A stretch of 64,000 nt of DNA. It comes from an uncultured Prevotellaceae bacterium. Its GTDB lineage: Bacteria > Bacteroidota > Bacteroidia > Bacteroidales > Muribaculaceae. Numbering within the stretch: the stretch's first letter is position 1; the number at the start of each line of letters is the position of its first letter. Under the pieces are notes generated by a model. The model worked only from the letters and a program-made list of their open reading frames with translations, did not search any database and was not told the origin of the DNA. The stretch spans positions 16,900-80,899 of the forward strand of contig CAMJJG010000005.1 of assembly GCA_946406035.1 (NCBI GenBank). Direction: 5' to 3'. This document shows positions 50,467-59,445 of the stretch, piece after piece. The position numbers and the translations under genes are program-made.

Positions 50467-52803
50467 TTAGATTAGGGTGATGTCGTCAAGCAGGGTCGCG
50501 CTGTCATAGATGCTGTCGCCTATGTCGCCAGTCTCGATAGTCAGGGTCACCGTCTTGCCCTTGTATTGACTGATGTCGAAGGTTGATGTCTGCCAGCCGG
50601 TCATATAGACGCCGCCACGGTCAAACACGATGGTGGGTGACACCCTCACCAGGTTGTACTGGCTGGCGAATCCATCGATGGCTTCAGAGAAAAGGGTCGT
50701 CGTGGTTGTGCCGTCGCTGATGGTGATCTTCAGGTAATCCTGGAAAACACTGCCCACATACTCCATGAATTCCTCTGACAAGAAGTTCCACTTGATGGAG
50801 AGTTTGTTCTCGTTGGTTACCTTGAAGGACTGCGAGATGCGACCATATTTCTCGGTGTACCCCAATCCGGTCGAGACGATACCCATATAGGAGCCCTGGG
50901 TGGGTTTCTGGCTGCCCAACTGAGTGATCACGCGACCGTCGCCGCTACTGTTCCAGCCATGCAGGTTGCCATACTCAAAGTCGCCGTTGATCAGTCCCAG
51001 ATAGAAGCGCATATCCTTGCTGCCATTCATCAGGTAGGAGTTGAACCAGCTCTCCCCGTTGTCTTGCTCGATGAAATCCAGGTCGGCGATATAGGACTCT
51101 CCTGTGGTCTTGAGATTGTTGCCAACCAGCGAGGTAAAGAACTCGTCGGCCTTGTTGACACAAGTCGAGGTCAACACATTATTCTTGAAGCCCAGATAGG
51201 TCTTGGCGCCCTTGCCGATAAAGGCGTTGGCAAGCCTATCGGTCTTCAGGCTCTGGCATGAGCCGTTAAACACTACGCTATTGGGCATCGTTCCCTCGAG
51301 TTGGGTCCTGATGAATTTGGAGGTTATCACATAATAGGTTATGCCGTCTGTCATCGTCGCTACAGTGTAGATGTGGCCCGAGATTTCATAGATATCCTTG
51401 AGGGGCATCTCCTCATAGTCCAGAACTTTCTCCCTGGTGCAGAGCAGGTTGCCGCCCTCGCCGTGCGAGTCCAGGACAATGATGCCATACTTGCTCATCC
51501 CGCTCAACGAGGCCCTTGTGCACTCGCTGTTGGTGAGATAGTCCACATGCAGGCTCACGGGACTGCTCTTGAATATCTTGTCCAGACTGGGCTGCATGTC
51601 CAGGCCAAACTGGTTCTCAAACGGGGCCCAGATGAGCACATTCTTGTTTTGGATGATTTGATTTGACGAGGCCGAAGACGATGCATGGGCTGGTACGTGG
51701 TGGGGCGACGGCAGCGTGTTCAAGCCGCGGGTCTGCTGGGACAGGGGGAGCATGGGGGTGCTATTGCGACGGCTTGACACATCGTTGGCGCCCTTGATCT
51801 CGCTGCCACTCTCGCTCAGCATGACATAGGATTCCAGGCCCGACGCATGGTTGATCGTGATAAAACCTTTGTCGTTGGTCGCGCTCTTGACCACGGGCAT
51901 GGTGTGCAGCATGTCTAGGACAGCTTGCGTCTTCTGGGTGGCCGACGTGCCTGTCATCGTCGCCAGCTTCTGCTCGATCTGCTTGTGCACTTCAAGCATG
52001 TCCTTCACCTGCTGGGCGGCATTCTGCTGGTTGATTACCGTCAGGGTAAACACGGCCGAGAAGCCTTCTACCTCACCCTCGGCTTCATTGGTCTTGGCCG
52101 ACACGCGGAAGCGTTTCACGCCCTCACTCGGGTAGTTAAAGGTGTGCTTGGTCGAGAACACATTATCTCCCTTGATCTCGTCGCCGTTGTCTAGATTACC
52201 GTTGTCATACATCGGGCACACGTCGCCCACGCGGTTATTGTTGGCATCAAGTTCGATGATCTTGACACTCGAGGCGATCAAGTGGTCGTTGGGGGCGATG
52301 TTGACGGTAATCCACAACTCGGCCGGCGTGTTGGTATAGAGCACGTCATTGTCAACTGTCGGCACGCCCAGGAAAGTGAGATACTTGTTCCGGGTAATCG
52401 TGATGCTGGCGGCGCCTCGATTGTCACTCTCGTCGATGGCGCTCACCTGGATCCTGTTATCGCCCTGAGCCAGCTCCAGGTCCTGGATGGTCCAGTTGTC
52501 CAGGCCGGTAGCCTCTCCGCTGCGCCCATTGCTCGAGGTATAGGTGATGGACTTGAGTTTGCCGTTGTCACTGGCTGTACCCGATATCACAACTGTCTCA
52601 TCGGTCGTGACAAACATCTCCTCTGACGTCGGGGTCAGGATATAGATGCTGGGAGCTTCGGTATCATGCTCCATCAACACATCTTCCTCCTGGCTGCCGA
52701 AGAGGTCTTCGACACACGACTGCAAACACGGTACGACAAGTACCATCATCAGTGCTAACACAAGCGATTTCGCATCATTAATCAATTGTAATCTAGTCTT
52801 CAT
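50467..52803 (-). CDS. Multidomain surface lipoprotein: Ig-like, Ca-binding beta domain, clan-CD peptidase-like domain, C-terminal CBM-like domain
   Basis: Lipobox LQSC; ISGTASDN...LAQGDNRIQVSAID Ig-like; YDNGNLDNGDEIKGDNVFS; IIVLDSHG and VVFNGSC His/Cys pair; INGDFEYGNLHGW. Confidence 0.6.
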   Translation of the reverse strand: MKTRLQLINDAKSLVLALMMVLVVPCLQSCVEDLFGSQEEDVLMEHDTEAPSIYILTPTSEEMFVTTDETVVISGTASDNGKLKSITYTSSNGRSGEATGLDNWTIQDLELAQGDNRIQVSAIDESDNRGAASITITRNKYLTFLGVPTVDNDVLYTNTPAELWITVNIAPNDHLIASSVKIIELDANNNRVGDVCPMYDNGNLDNGDEIKGDNVFSTKHTFNYPSEGVKRFRVSAKTNEAEGEVEGFSAVFTLTVINQQNAAQQVKDMLEVHKQIEQKLATMTGTSATQKTQAVLDMLHTMPVVKSATNDKGFITINHASGLESYVMLSESGSEIKGANDVSSRRNSTPMLPLSQQTRGLNTLPSPHHVPAHASSSASSNQIIQNKNVLIWAPFENQFGLDMQPSLDKIFKSSPVSLHVDYLTNSECTRASLSGMSKYGIIVLDSHGEGGNLLCTREKVLDYEEMPLKDIYEISGHIYTVATMTDGITYYVITSKFIRTQLEGTMPNSVVFNGSCQSLKTDRLANAFIGKGAKTYLGFKNNVLTSTCVNKADEFFTSLVGNNLKTTGESYIADLDFIEQDNGESWFNSYLMNGSKDMRFYLGLINGDFEYGNLHGWNSSGDGRVITQLGSQKPTQGSYMGIVSTGLGYTEKYGRISQSFKVTNENKLSIKWNFLSEEFMEYVGSVFQDYLKITISDGTTTTTLFSEAIDGFASQYNLVRVSPTIVFDRGGVYMTGWQTSTFDISQYKGKTVTLTIETGDIGDSIYDSATLLDDITLI

Positions 52804-53036
52804 AATTTTGTTTGTTTTAGTGATGAATAATTGTTTTTGTTGATGCAAAATTATGACGGGTAAGATGGCCAGACCAAATGTTTTGAGCCATACTGTAGCA
52901 AACGTCGGGATTAATGTATGAAATGATTTCTGGGGCAGAAAAACACCTCTAAAAAAGGTGTCCCCCCACCCCCTCAGTCATGAGAAAAACCACACATCCT
53001 CTTGACAAAAGGCCAAAAATCCACTACCTTTGCACC

Positions 53037-53130
53037 ACGCCGCCCCAAGGAGGGGGTCCAGCTGATGCGAGCCACCGGCTCGTACACCACCCCAAAAAAA
53101 GGGAACGGTATAGCAGTTGGCCCTGAAAAG
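53037..53130 (+). ncRNA. Candidate structured RNA (three-way junction) directly after a promoter
   Basis: TACCTTTG at 53025-53032; outer stem 53054-53064/53114-53123; inner hairpin TGCGAGCC/GGCTCGTA; second hairpin with an A7 loop. Confidence 0.45.
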
Positions 53131-53300
53131 TTTTTTAATGCTCATTTCGCTAAGAAAAACGTATTTCACGAAAAATATTTAAAACTATTAGTGATAAATA
53201 TAACTAATTCGTGTAATTAGCATTAGCCCCGCAGGGTTCGAGCCAACATCTATATCATCGCCAAAATAGTATCAACCATTAAAACCAAGAGAAAAACACC

Positions 53301-54455
53301 ATGGAAATCAATTACTACCGCCACGTCAACGTCCAGGGCTACGACGAGTCCTGGCAAGCATGCCAGTTCAACGCTGACACCGACCTCACCCCACTGCGCA
53401 GCAACGACCTCGTCTCCATCAACGGCCTCCCATACCTGCGACAGCACCACGTCACTTTCCTCACCGGACGCGAGACCTGCCGCGCACACCACTTCGCCAA
53501 GCACCTCGCCATACAGGTCCTCTCGGCAGACCAGTCCAGCACCGCCTCCAGCAAGGTCCTCTGGATCGACACCCTCAACGGACCGCACGTCGGCGCTGCC
53601 ATCTTCAGCGAACTCTCACAGCACGTCCAGGACAAGCAAGACCTCCACTACCTCTGCCTCGACGTTCTGGGCGGGCTGCGCGACGACCACTGGTGGATCA
53701 TGCGCAACATCGAGCAGCTCATCGGCCAACTCAAGCCGCAACTCGTCGTCATCGACGACATCGACCACTTCTTTCCGCTCTGCGGCATTCGACTGGCTAC
53801 TGAGTTCAACCGGGTCGTCCGGGACTCGCTCAACCACTCCGACACCGCGTTCCTGTTCATCGGCTACAACCTCACCGGCAAGAAGGCTTGCACAGCTGGA
53901 CTGCTCGGCAAGATGCTGTTCACCAGCGCCAACGACATCTTCTCTCTGTCAACAGTGCGCGACGTCACATCTGTGCGACACCTCAACGGGTACGACATGC
54001 ACGTCAACCCCGACGACGCCCAGTTCCACTTCTCCATCGGCCCCGACAACCTCCCGCTCGAGACTCGCCTGCCCCGCAAGGCTCCAGCCTCCGGCATCGA
54101 CGACGACACCTTGACCGGCATCGTCGGCGACATCATCGGCAACGGCCACGACATCACGCCACAAGACCTCCTAGCACAGGTCAAGGCCCGTCACAACCAG
54201 CTCAAGCGCGACTGCCGCGACGCCGCCCTCCTCGACCAGATCAACCGCCTCAACCTCCTCGACCACACCTCTGGCGACACCACGATCAACCCCATTCCAT
54301 CACCATTGGATATCAGCAAATTAGCCCACAGTGTTAACAATTCATTAACACTTCCGCCCCACCTTCATCCTGTCCCTTCTGGTTCCCCCAGTGCCGCCAC
54401 CCAGCCCGATTCCCTGTGCCGCGACTCAGTCGCCGCCCCACTGTCCAGCAACTAG
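53301..54455 (+). CDS. Degenerate RecA-fold / AAA_25 (RepA-like) ATPase homologue
   Basis: Strand order VTFLTG..., VLWIDT, LVVIDDID, FLFIG matches the family, but the Walker A GK[ST] is replaced by GRETCRAH. Strong coding-type codon bias. Confidence 0.6.
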   Translation: MEINYYRHVNVQGYDESWQACQFNADTDLTPLRSNDLVSINGLPYLRQHHVTFLTGRETCRAHHFAKHLAIQVLSADQSSTASSKVLWIDTLNGPHVGAAIFSELSQHVQDKQDLHYLCLDVLGGLRDDHWWIMRNIEQLIGQLKPQLVVIDDIDHFFPLCGIRLATEFNRVVRDSLNHSDTAFLFIGYNLTGKKACTAGLLGKMLFTSANDIFSLSTVRDVTSVRHLNGYDMHVNPDDAQFHFSIGPDNLPLETRLPRKAPASGIDDDTLTGIVGDIIGNGHDITPQDLLAQVKARHNQLKRDCRDAALLDQINRLNLLDHTSGDTTINPIPSPLDISKLAHSVNNSLTLPPHLHPVPSGSPSAATQPDSLCRDSVAAPLSSN

Positions 54456-54467
54456 CATCCCACCCAC

Positions 54468-55407
54468 TTATGGTAGTTTTGTGTGAAAGGCCCTTCTTCG
54501 CCAGGCGCGCAGGTCGAATGACCTCCACAAGGCCGCATAAACACTTCGATATCAATGCCGTTAAGGTAGTTTTGTGTGAAAGGGCTTTACCTGGTCAAGC
54601 AAGCAGGTCGAATGACCTGCACAAGGCCAGCGGCCTTGACTATGACAAACCCCAGGGCGCACTGGCCGAAGGTCAGTGTGGCCTGGGGACGTGCCCAGAC
54701 GCCGATACGGGCCCTGAAAGGGGCCACTCACCGAAGCAAACCCGCACAAGGCCGCATAAACACTTCGATATCAATGCCGTTATGGAGGTCATGTGTGAAG
54801 GGCCCTACTTCGCCAGGCGAGCAGGTCCAATGACCTGCACAAGGCCAGCGGCCTTGACTATGACAAACCCCAGGGCGCACTGGCCGAAGGTCAGTGTGGC
54901 CTGGGGACGTGCCCAGACGCCGATACGGGCCCTGAAAGGGGCCACTCACCGAAGCAAACCTCCACAAGGCCGCATAAACACTTCGATATCAATGACGTTA
55001 TGGTAGTTTTATGTGAAAGGGCCTACCTGGTCAGGCGGGCAGGTCGAATGACCTGCACAAGGCCAGCGGCCTTGACTATAACAAACCCCAGGGCGCACTG
55101 GCCGAAGGTCAGTGTGGCCTGGGGACATGCTCAGACGCCGATACGGGCCCTGAAAGGGGCCACTCACCGAAGCAAACCTCCACAAGGCCGCATAAACACT
55201 TCGATATCAATGACGTTATGGTAGTTTTATGTGAAAGGGCCTACCTGGTCAGGCGGGCAGGTCGAATGACCTGCACAAGGCCAGCGGCCTTGACTATGAC
55301 AAACCCCAGGGCGCACTGGCCGAAGGTCAGTGTGGCCTGGGGACATGCTCAGACGTCACTATGGGCCCTGAAGGGGGCCACTCACCGAGGCAAACCTGCA
55401 CAAGGCC
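54468..55407. repeat. Tandem array of ~218-bp multi-hairpin REP-like units (one 93-bp internally deleted unit plus four hairpin-bearing units)
   Basis: Unit starts at 54468, 54561, 54780, 54998 and 55216 (periods 93, 219, 218, 218). Confidence 0.95.
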
Positions 55408-55501
55408 AAGTTGTTTTAGTTGTCGATTATTGTTGTTTTGGTTGTTTGAAACCAAGAGCGCGGATGCCTCTCTAAACTGCGAGCGCAGCGAGTAATAAAG
55501 T

Positions 55502-57049
55502 TTAGTCGCGGGACAGACGCTCGGCAGCTCGGGCACGCTTGAGCCACAGGGCAAACCACGTCATGGCGACAGCGGCAACCACCAGAGCTACCCACAACGC
55601 CAACTCCTGGTAGCCCAGTGCTTGGGGCGATGTCACAATAAAGGTGGTGCATACGACCGTCATCAGCACCGCGGGAATGAGGGTGATCACATAGGCCTTG
55701 TGCTCACGCGCCAGATACACCGTTATCATCCACAGCGTGAATACCGATAGCGCCTGGTTGAGCCAGCCGAAGTATTGCCACAGCACATTAAAGCCGTCAG
55801 GATTCTCCATCTGCCAGATGAGCAACAGCAGCGAGGCGACAAACAGCGGCACGCTGATCATCAAGCGGCGCACCATGCTCTTCTGCTCAACGTGCAGCCA
55901 CTCAGCAATGATGAGACGAGCACTGCGAAAGGCCGTATCGCCGCTCGTGATGGGAGCGGCAACCACACCGAGCACCGCAAGCGTACCACCCACGATGCCC
56001 AGCCAGCCGCTGCACACCAGATTCACCACTTGAGGAGCAGTAAAATACTGGACGAGCGTTTTGCCATCGGCGAGTTGCACTTGAGCCATGAACTCGTTCA
56101 CCACATCGGGGCTCACCACCTCTTTCCAGCCCTGATTGTAGAAGAAATAGGAAGAAACCGTAGCCCAGATGAGCGCTACGACGCCCTCGGTGATCATCGC
56201 GCCATAGAAAATGGGGCGAGCCAGTCGCTCGCTCTTCAGGCAGCGCGCCATCAGGGGGCTCTGTGTCGCGTGAAAACCGCTGATGGCTCCACAGGCGATG
56301 GTGATGAACAGGCAGGGGAATAACGGATTCTTTTTCACAAAACCGGCCACACCCAGCGCGTCTTTACCGTCAACGGTATGACCAAGGGTCCACTCGCTCA
56401 TGTCGCCCATGTTCCACAACTCGGGCAAGTGAGGCATCTTGACCAGTAGCCCCACCAGCAAACCGGCGGCCATTACCAGCAGCGCTATAGCAAACAGCGG
56501 GTAAACCCTGCCAATGATCTTGTCGATGGGCAACAAGGTGGCCACCACATAATATATAAATATAACGACAATCCACACAATGGGTTTGCCACACATGCTT
56601 GCGATGATGAGCGCAGGACTATATACAAACACGGCTCCAACCAACAATAGCAGCAACACCGTGAACACGAGCATCACGTTGCGCGTGCCGTTGCCCAGGT
56701 ATTTGCCGATGAGGGTCGGCAAGTTAGCTCCGTCATGCCTTAACGACAGCATGCCGCTCATGAAGTCATGCACCGCGCCGGCAAAGATGCAGCCCAGGAC
56801 AATCCACAGATAGGCTGCCGGACCAAACCACATGCCCATGATGGCTCCAAAGATGGGCCCCGTGCCGGCAATATTCAGGAACTGGATCATGAACACTTTC
56901 CATGTGGGCAACGCCACATAGTCCACACCATCGGCTAGACGGATGGCAGGCGTCTCTCGGTCATCGGGACGCATCACGCGTTCAACGATGGCACCATAAA
57001 CCAAATAGCCCACAACCAGGGCCAGAATACTAATTATAAATGTAATCAT
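55502..57049 (-). CDS. cstA: Carbon starvation protein A family transporter
   Basis: IQFLNIAGTGPIFG, GAVHD, ITIACGAISGFHATQSP and ITSGDTAFRSAR. Confidence 0.95.
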   Translation of the reverse strand: MITFIISILALVVGYLVYGAIVERVMRPDDRETPAIRLADGVDYVALPTWKVFMIQFLNIAGTGPIFGAIMGMWFGPAAYLWIVLGCIFAGAVHDFMSGMLSLRHDGANLPTLIGKYLGNGTRNVMLVFTVLLLLLVGAVFVYSPALIIASMCGKPIVWIVVIFIYYVVATLLPIDKIIGRVYPLFAIALLVMAAGLLVGLLVKMPHLPELWNMGDMSEWTLGHTVDGKDALGVAGFVKKNPLFPCLFITIACGAISGFHATQSPLMARCLKSERLARPIFYGAMITEGVVALIWATVSSYFFYNQGWKEVVSPDVVNEFMAQVQLADGKTLVQYFTAPQVVNLVCSGWLGIVGGTLAVLGVVAAPITSGDTAFRSARLIIAEWLHVEQKSMVRRLMISVPLFVASLLLLIWQMENPDGFNVLWQYFGWLNQALSVFTLWMITVYLAREHKAYVITLIPAVLMTVVCTTFIVTSPQALGYQELALWVALVVAAVAMTWFALWLKRARAAERLSRD

Positions 57050-57394
57050 CGCATTATACTGAATTTAGCGGATGCAAATGTACAACTATTTTCTTTTACA
57101 ATCATCAATGCCACCACTTAAATGTCACCCAGCTAGGATTCAACGGGCGGCGCCTGCGGGCGCTCAACTCACATAACACCTTACCGATTATGATGAATAT
57201 TACATATCAATTAGCTTTTTTATTGAATTTTCATTTAAAAAAATCAATAAATATGTTGTAAAGTTTACAAAATGACTGTATCTTTGCGTCACGATGAGGA
57301 TATTTGAGCCCTCCCGCTCCCTGAAATGTCGTGTGACTGCGGTCGGGCAATGTTCCATTCTTAACTATAACCCAAATTTAAGTATATATGTAAA

Positions 57395-57967
57395 ATGGAA
57401 TCAACAACATTAACAAAGAAACCAAGAAAAAAGAAAGTACTCGTGAAAAGAAAACGTGACCGTCTACAATTGATCACCGACTTGATCAAGACAAACTGCA
57501 TCGGTAGCCAGAGCGAACTGGCCGACATGCTGCGTGAGCACAACATCAATGTGACTCAGGCCACCTTGTCAAGAGACTTAAAGGCGCTTAAGATTTCTAA
57601 GGTCGCCACCGATCGCAACACATACATGTACATCATCCCCGACAGCAACCAGCTGCAAGACAGGCTCTTGAGCATGCGTCAAACTGACGCCCATGCTGCC
57701 AAGCAAGTGGGACTGGTGTCGATAACGTTCTCGGGCAACATCGCTGTCATCAAGACGCGCAATGGTTATGCTCCGGGACTGGCCTATGACATCGACATGA
57801 GCAGGCCTCCCGAGATTCTCGGCACTATTGCTGGTGCCGACACTGTGGTTGCCATCCTGGCACAGGGTGTGACACACGAGCAGGCCCAAGCCGCATTCGA
57901 GCAGTTCATGCCCAAGCAGGGCACCTTTGTGGGCAGCAAGCCACAATCACCTGTCGCCGATGATTAA
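57395..57967 (+). CDS. argR: Arginine repressor
   Basis: SQSEL...VTQATLSRDL and GTIAGADT. Confidence 0.93.
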   Translation: MESTTLTKKPRKKKVLVKRKRDRLQLITDLIKTNCIGSQSELADMLREHNINVTQATLSRDLKALKISKVATDRNTYMYIIPDSNQLQDRLLSMRQTDAHAAKQVGLVSITFSGNIAVIKTRNGYAPGLAYDIDMSRPPEILGTIAGADTVVAILAQGVTHEQAQAAFEQFMPKQGTFVGSKPQSPVADD

Positions 57968-58922
57968 AATAGGCATTAGCCAATGCGATAACCTGTGTGC
58001 CGCCGAACTGGTGCGGGTGCTCATCAACCACCCCGACGTTGAGTTGAAATGGGTACTCAGCAACCAGGGCGATGGCTCTCGGCTAGACGATATTGTACCT
58101 GGTATCGTCGGCGAGACTGCCTTAACCACAACGAGCCATGTCATGTCGACCGACGTTGACGTGGTATTCTTGTGCGGACCCAGAAAGGAGTTGCCTGCAC
58201 AGCTCGAGATCCTGAACCTGCCACAGCAGTGCCATGTGATTGACATGAGCGGATGCCATAACCTGCATTATGGCAAGGACAGCGTCTGGAGGTATGGCAT
58301 GAGCGAGATGCAACGGCGACTTCTCGTGCACGACACCCACATGGTGACGCTGCCCGGCAATGTTGCCATGGCCGCACTACTTGCTATGATGCCCATGGCT
58401 CGAAACCTGATGCTCAACAGCCCCTTGAGGCTTACTGTCGGCATGGGCAGTGCTGCGTTCCCGTCGGATGGCGGCAAGACCATCGACGGCATGACAGCCG
58501 ACCAGTGGGCTCAAGACCAGCAGCAGGAAATTGTCTATGCGCTCGAGCAGTGCCAAGCGAGCTTCAACCAGCCAGTGCAGCTGGCCATCAACCCGCTTGA
58601 CGACGAGCCCCGCACAATCAAGGTGGAAGCACAATTCCATTGTGGCGCGGACGAGAACATGATAAGGGAGCTCTATGAGCAATACTATAGCGACCACAAC
58701 TTTGTCTTCATGGTTGACAGGCCCATTACCAGTGCCGAGGTAGAGAACACCAACAAGTGCCTGATCTCGCTCGCAAAGGACGAGCACAGCGGACTGTGCA
58801 CCGTGCGCGCCATTATGGATGTCCTGCTCAAGGGGGGCGCCGGCAATGCCGTGCACATCATGAACCTGATGTTCGGCCTACATGAGAAAGTGGGCCTCGC
58901 ACTCAAGGCCACAGGTTGTTAA
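57960..58922 (+). CDS. ArgC (N-acetyl-gamma-glutamyl-phosphate reductase) homologue lacking catalytic motifs
   Basis: ELVRVLINHPDV, DVVFLC, IDMS, NTNKC and LLKGGAGNAVHIMNLMFG are ArgC-like; the NADP glycine loop and PGC cysteine are absent. Confidence 0.75.
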   Translation: MIKIGISQCDNLCAAELVRVLINHPDVELKWVLSNQGDGSRLDDIVPGIVGETALTTTSHVMSTDVDVVFLCGPRKELPAQLEILNLPQQCHVIDMSGCHNLHYGKDSVWRYGMSEMQRRLLVHDTHMVTLPGNVAMAALLAMMPMARNLMLNSPLRLTVGMGSAAFPSDGGKTIDGMTADQWAQDQQQEIVYALEQCQASFNQPVQLAINPLDDEPRTIKVEAQFHCGADENMIRELYEQYYSDHNFVFMVDRPITSAEVENTNKCLISLAKDEHSGLCTVRAIMDVLLKGGAGNAVHIMNLMFGLHEKVGLALKATGC

Positions 58923-58972
58923 TAATAGATATCAGTATTTTAAAAAACCATATATATAAATCATCAATTATT

Positions 58973-59344
58973 ATGTCAGTCAATAAAGTCATTTTGCTGG
59001 GCCGTGTGGGCCGAGACCCGGATGTGCGCTACGTCGCACAAAATCAGCCCGTCGCATCGTTCACCCTTGCTACAACCGACCGTGCCTATACCAACGCTAA
59101 CGGCGTGCAGGTTCCCGAGCGCACCGAGTGGCATAACATCGTGATGTGGGGCAAGAATGCCGAGGTTGCCGAACGATACATCCGCAAGGGAACCCAGATT
59201 TACCTTGAGGGAAGACTGCGCACACGTGCCTGGGAAGATCGCAACCAAGTGAAGCGTTACACCACCGAAATCTATGTGGACACGTTTGAACTGCTCGCCC
59301 GCCCGCGCGAGAACGAACAGGCAACGCAGTCCCAGCAGCCTTGA
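58973..59344 (+). CDS. ssb: Single-stranded DNA-binding protein
   Basis: MSVNKVILLGRVGRDP, TEWHNIV and EGRLRTR. Confidence 0.95.
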   Translation: MSVNKVILLGRVGRDPDVRYVAQNQPVASFTLATTDRAYTNANGVQVPERTEWHNIVMWGKNAEVAERYIRKGTQIYLEGRLRTRAWEDRNQVKRYTTEIYVDTFELLARPRENEQATQSQQP

Positions 59345-59380
59345 CCTGACAGTCAAAACTGATAAGCGCATAACACATCA

Positions 59381-59415
59381 ACGGGATTCCAAGCCGAAAT
59401 GCTCTGGAATCCCGT
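59381..59415. terminator. Hairpin between convergent ssb and manC
   Basis: ACGGGATTCCA...TGGAATCCCGT. Confidence 0.65.
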
Positions 59416-59445
59416 CAATGTGTTACGGCAAAATGCAATATCGAT

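Noticed and set aside
53037-53130. Retron msr-msd or hammerhead ribozyme
   Set aside because: No reverse transcriptase is adjacent; CTGATGCG departs from the hammerhead CUGAUGA core and no correctly placed GAAA is present.
53232-53244. tRNA-like fragment (GGTTCGAGCC) as an att site
   Set aside because: Only a T-loop-like word, with no matching stems and no match to either tRNA in the window.
54468-55407. CRISPR array
   Set aside because: The period is about 218 bp, the variable segments are homologous to one another rather than unique spacers, and no cas genes are in the window.
54416-55475. Repeated ORFs inside the array (MTCTRPAALTMTNPRAHWPK...)
   Set aside because: These are by-products of the repeat; the 218-bp period shifts frame between units and conservation follows base-pairing rather than codons.
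57190-57240. ARG boxes upstream of argR
   Set aside because: TGAATTTTCATTTA is a near match, but the region is very AT-rich and no clear tandem pair is visible, so it is not called.
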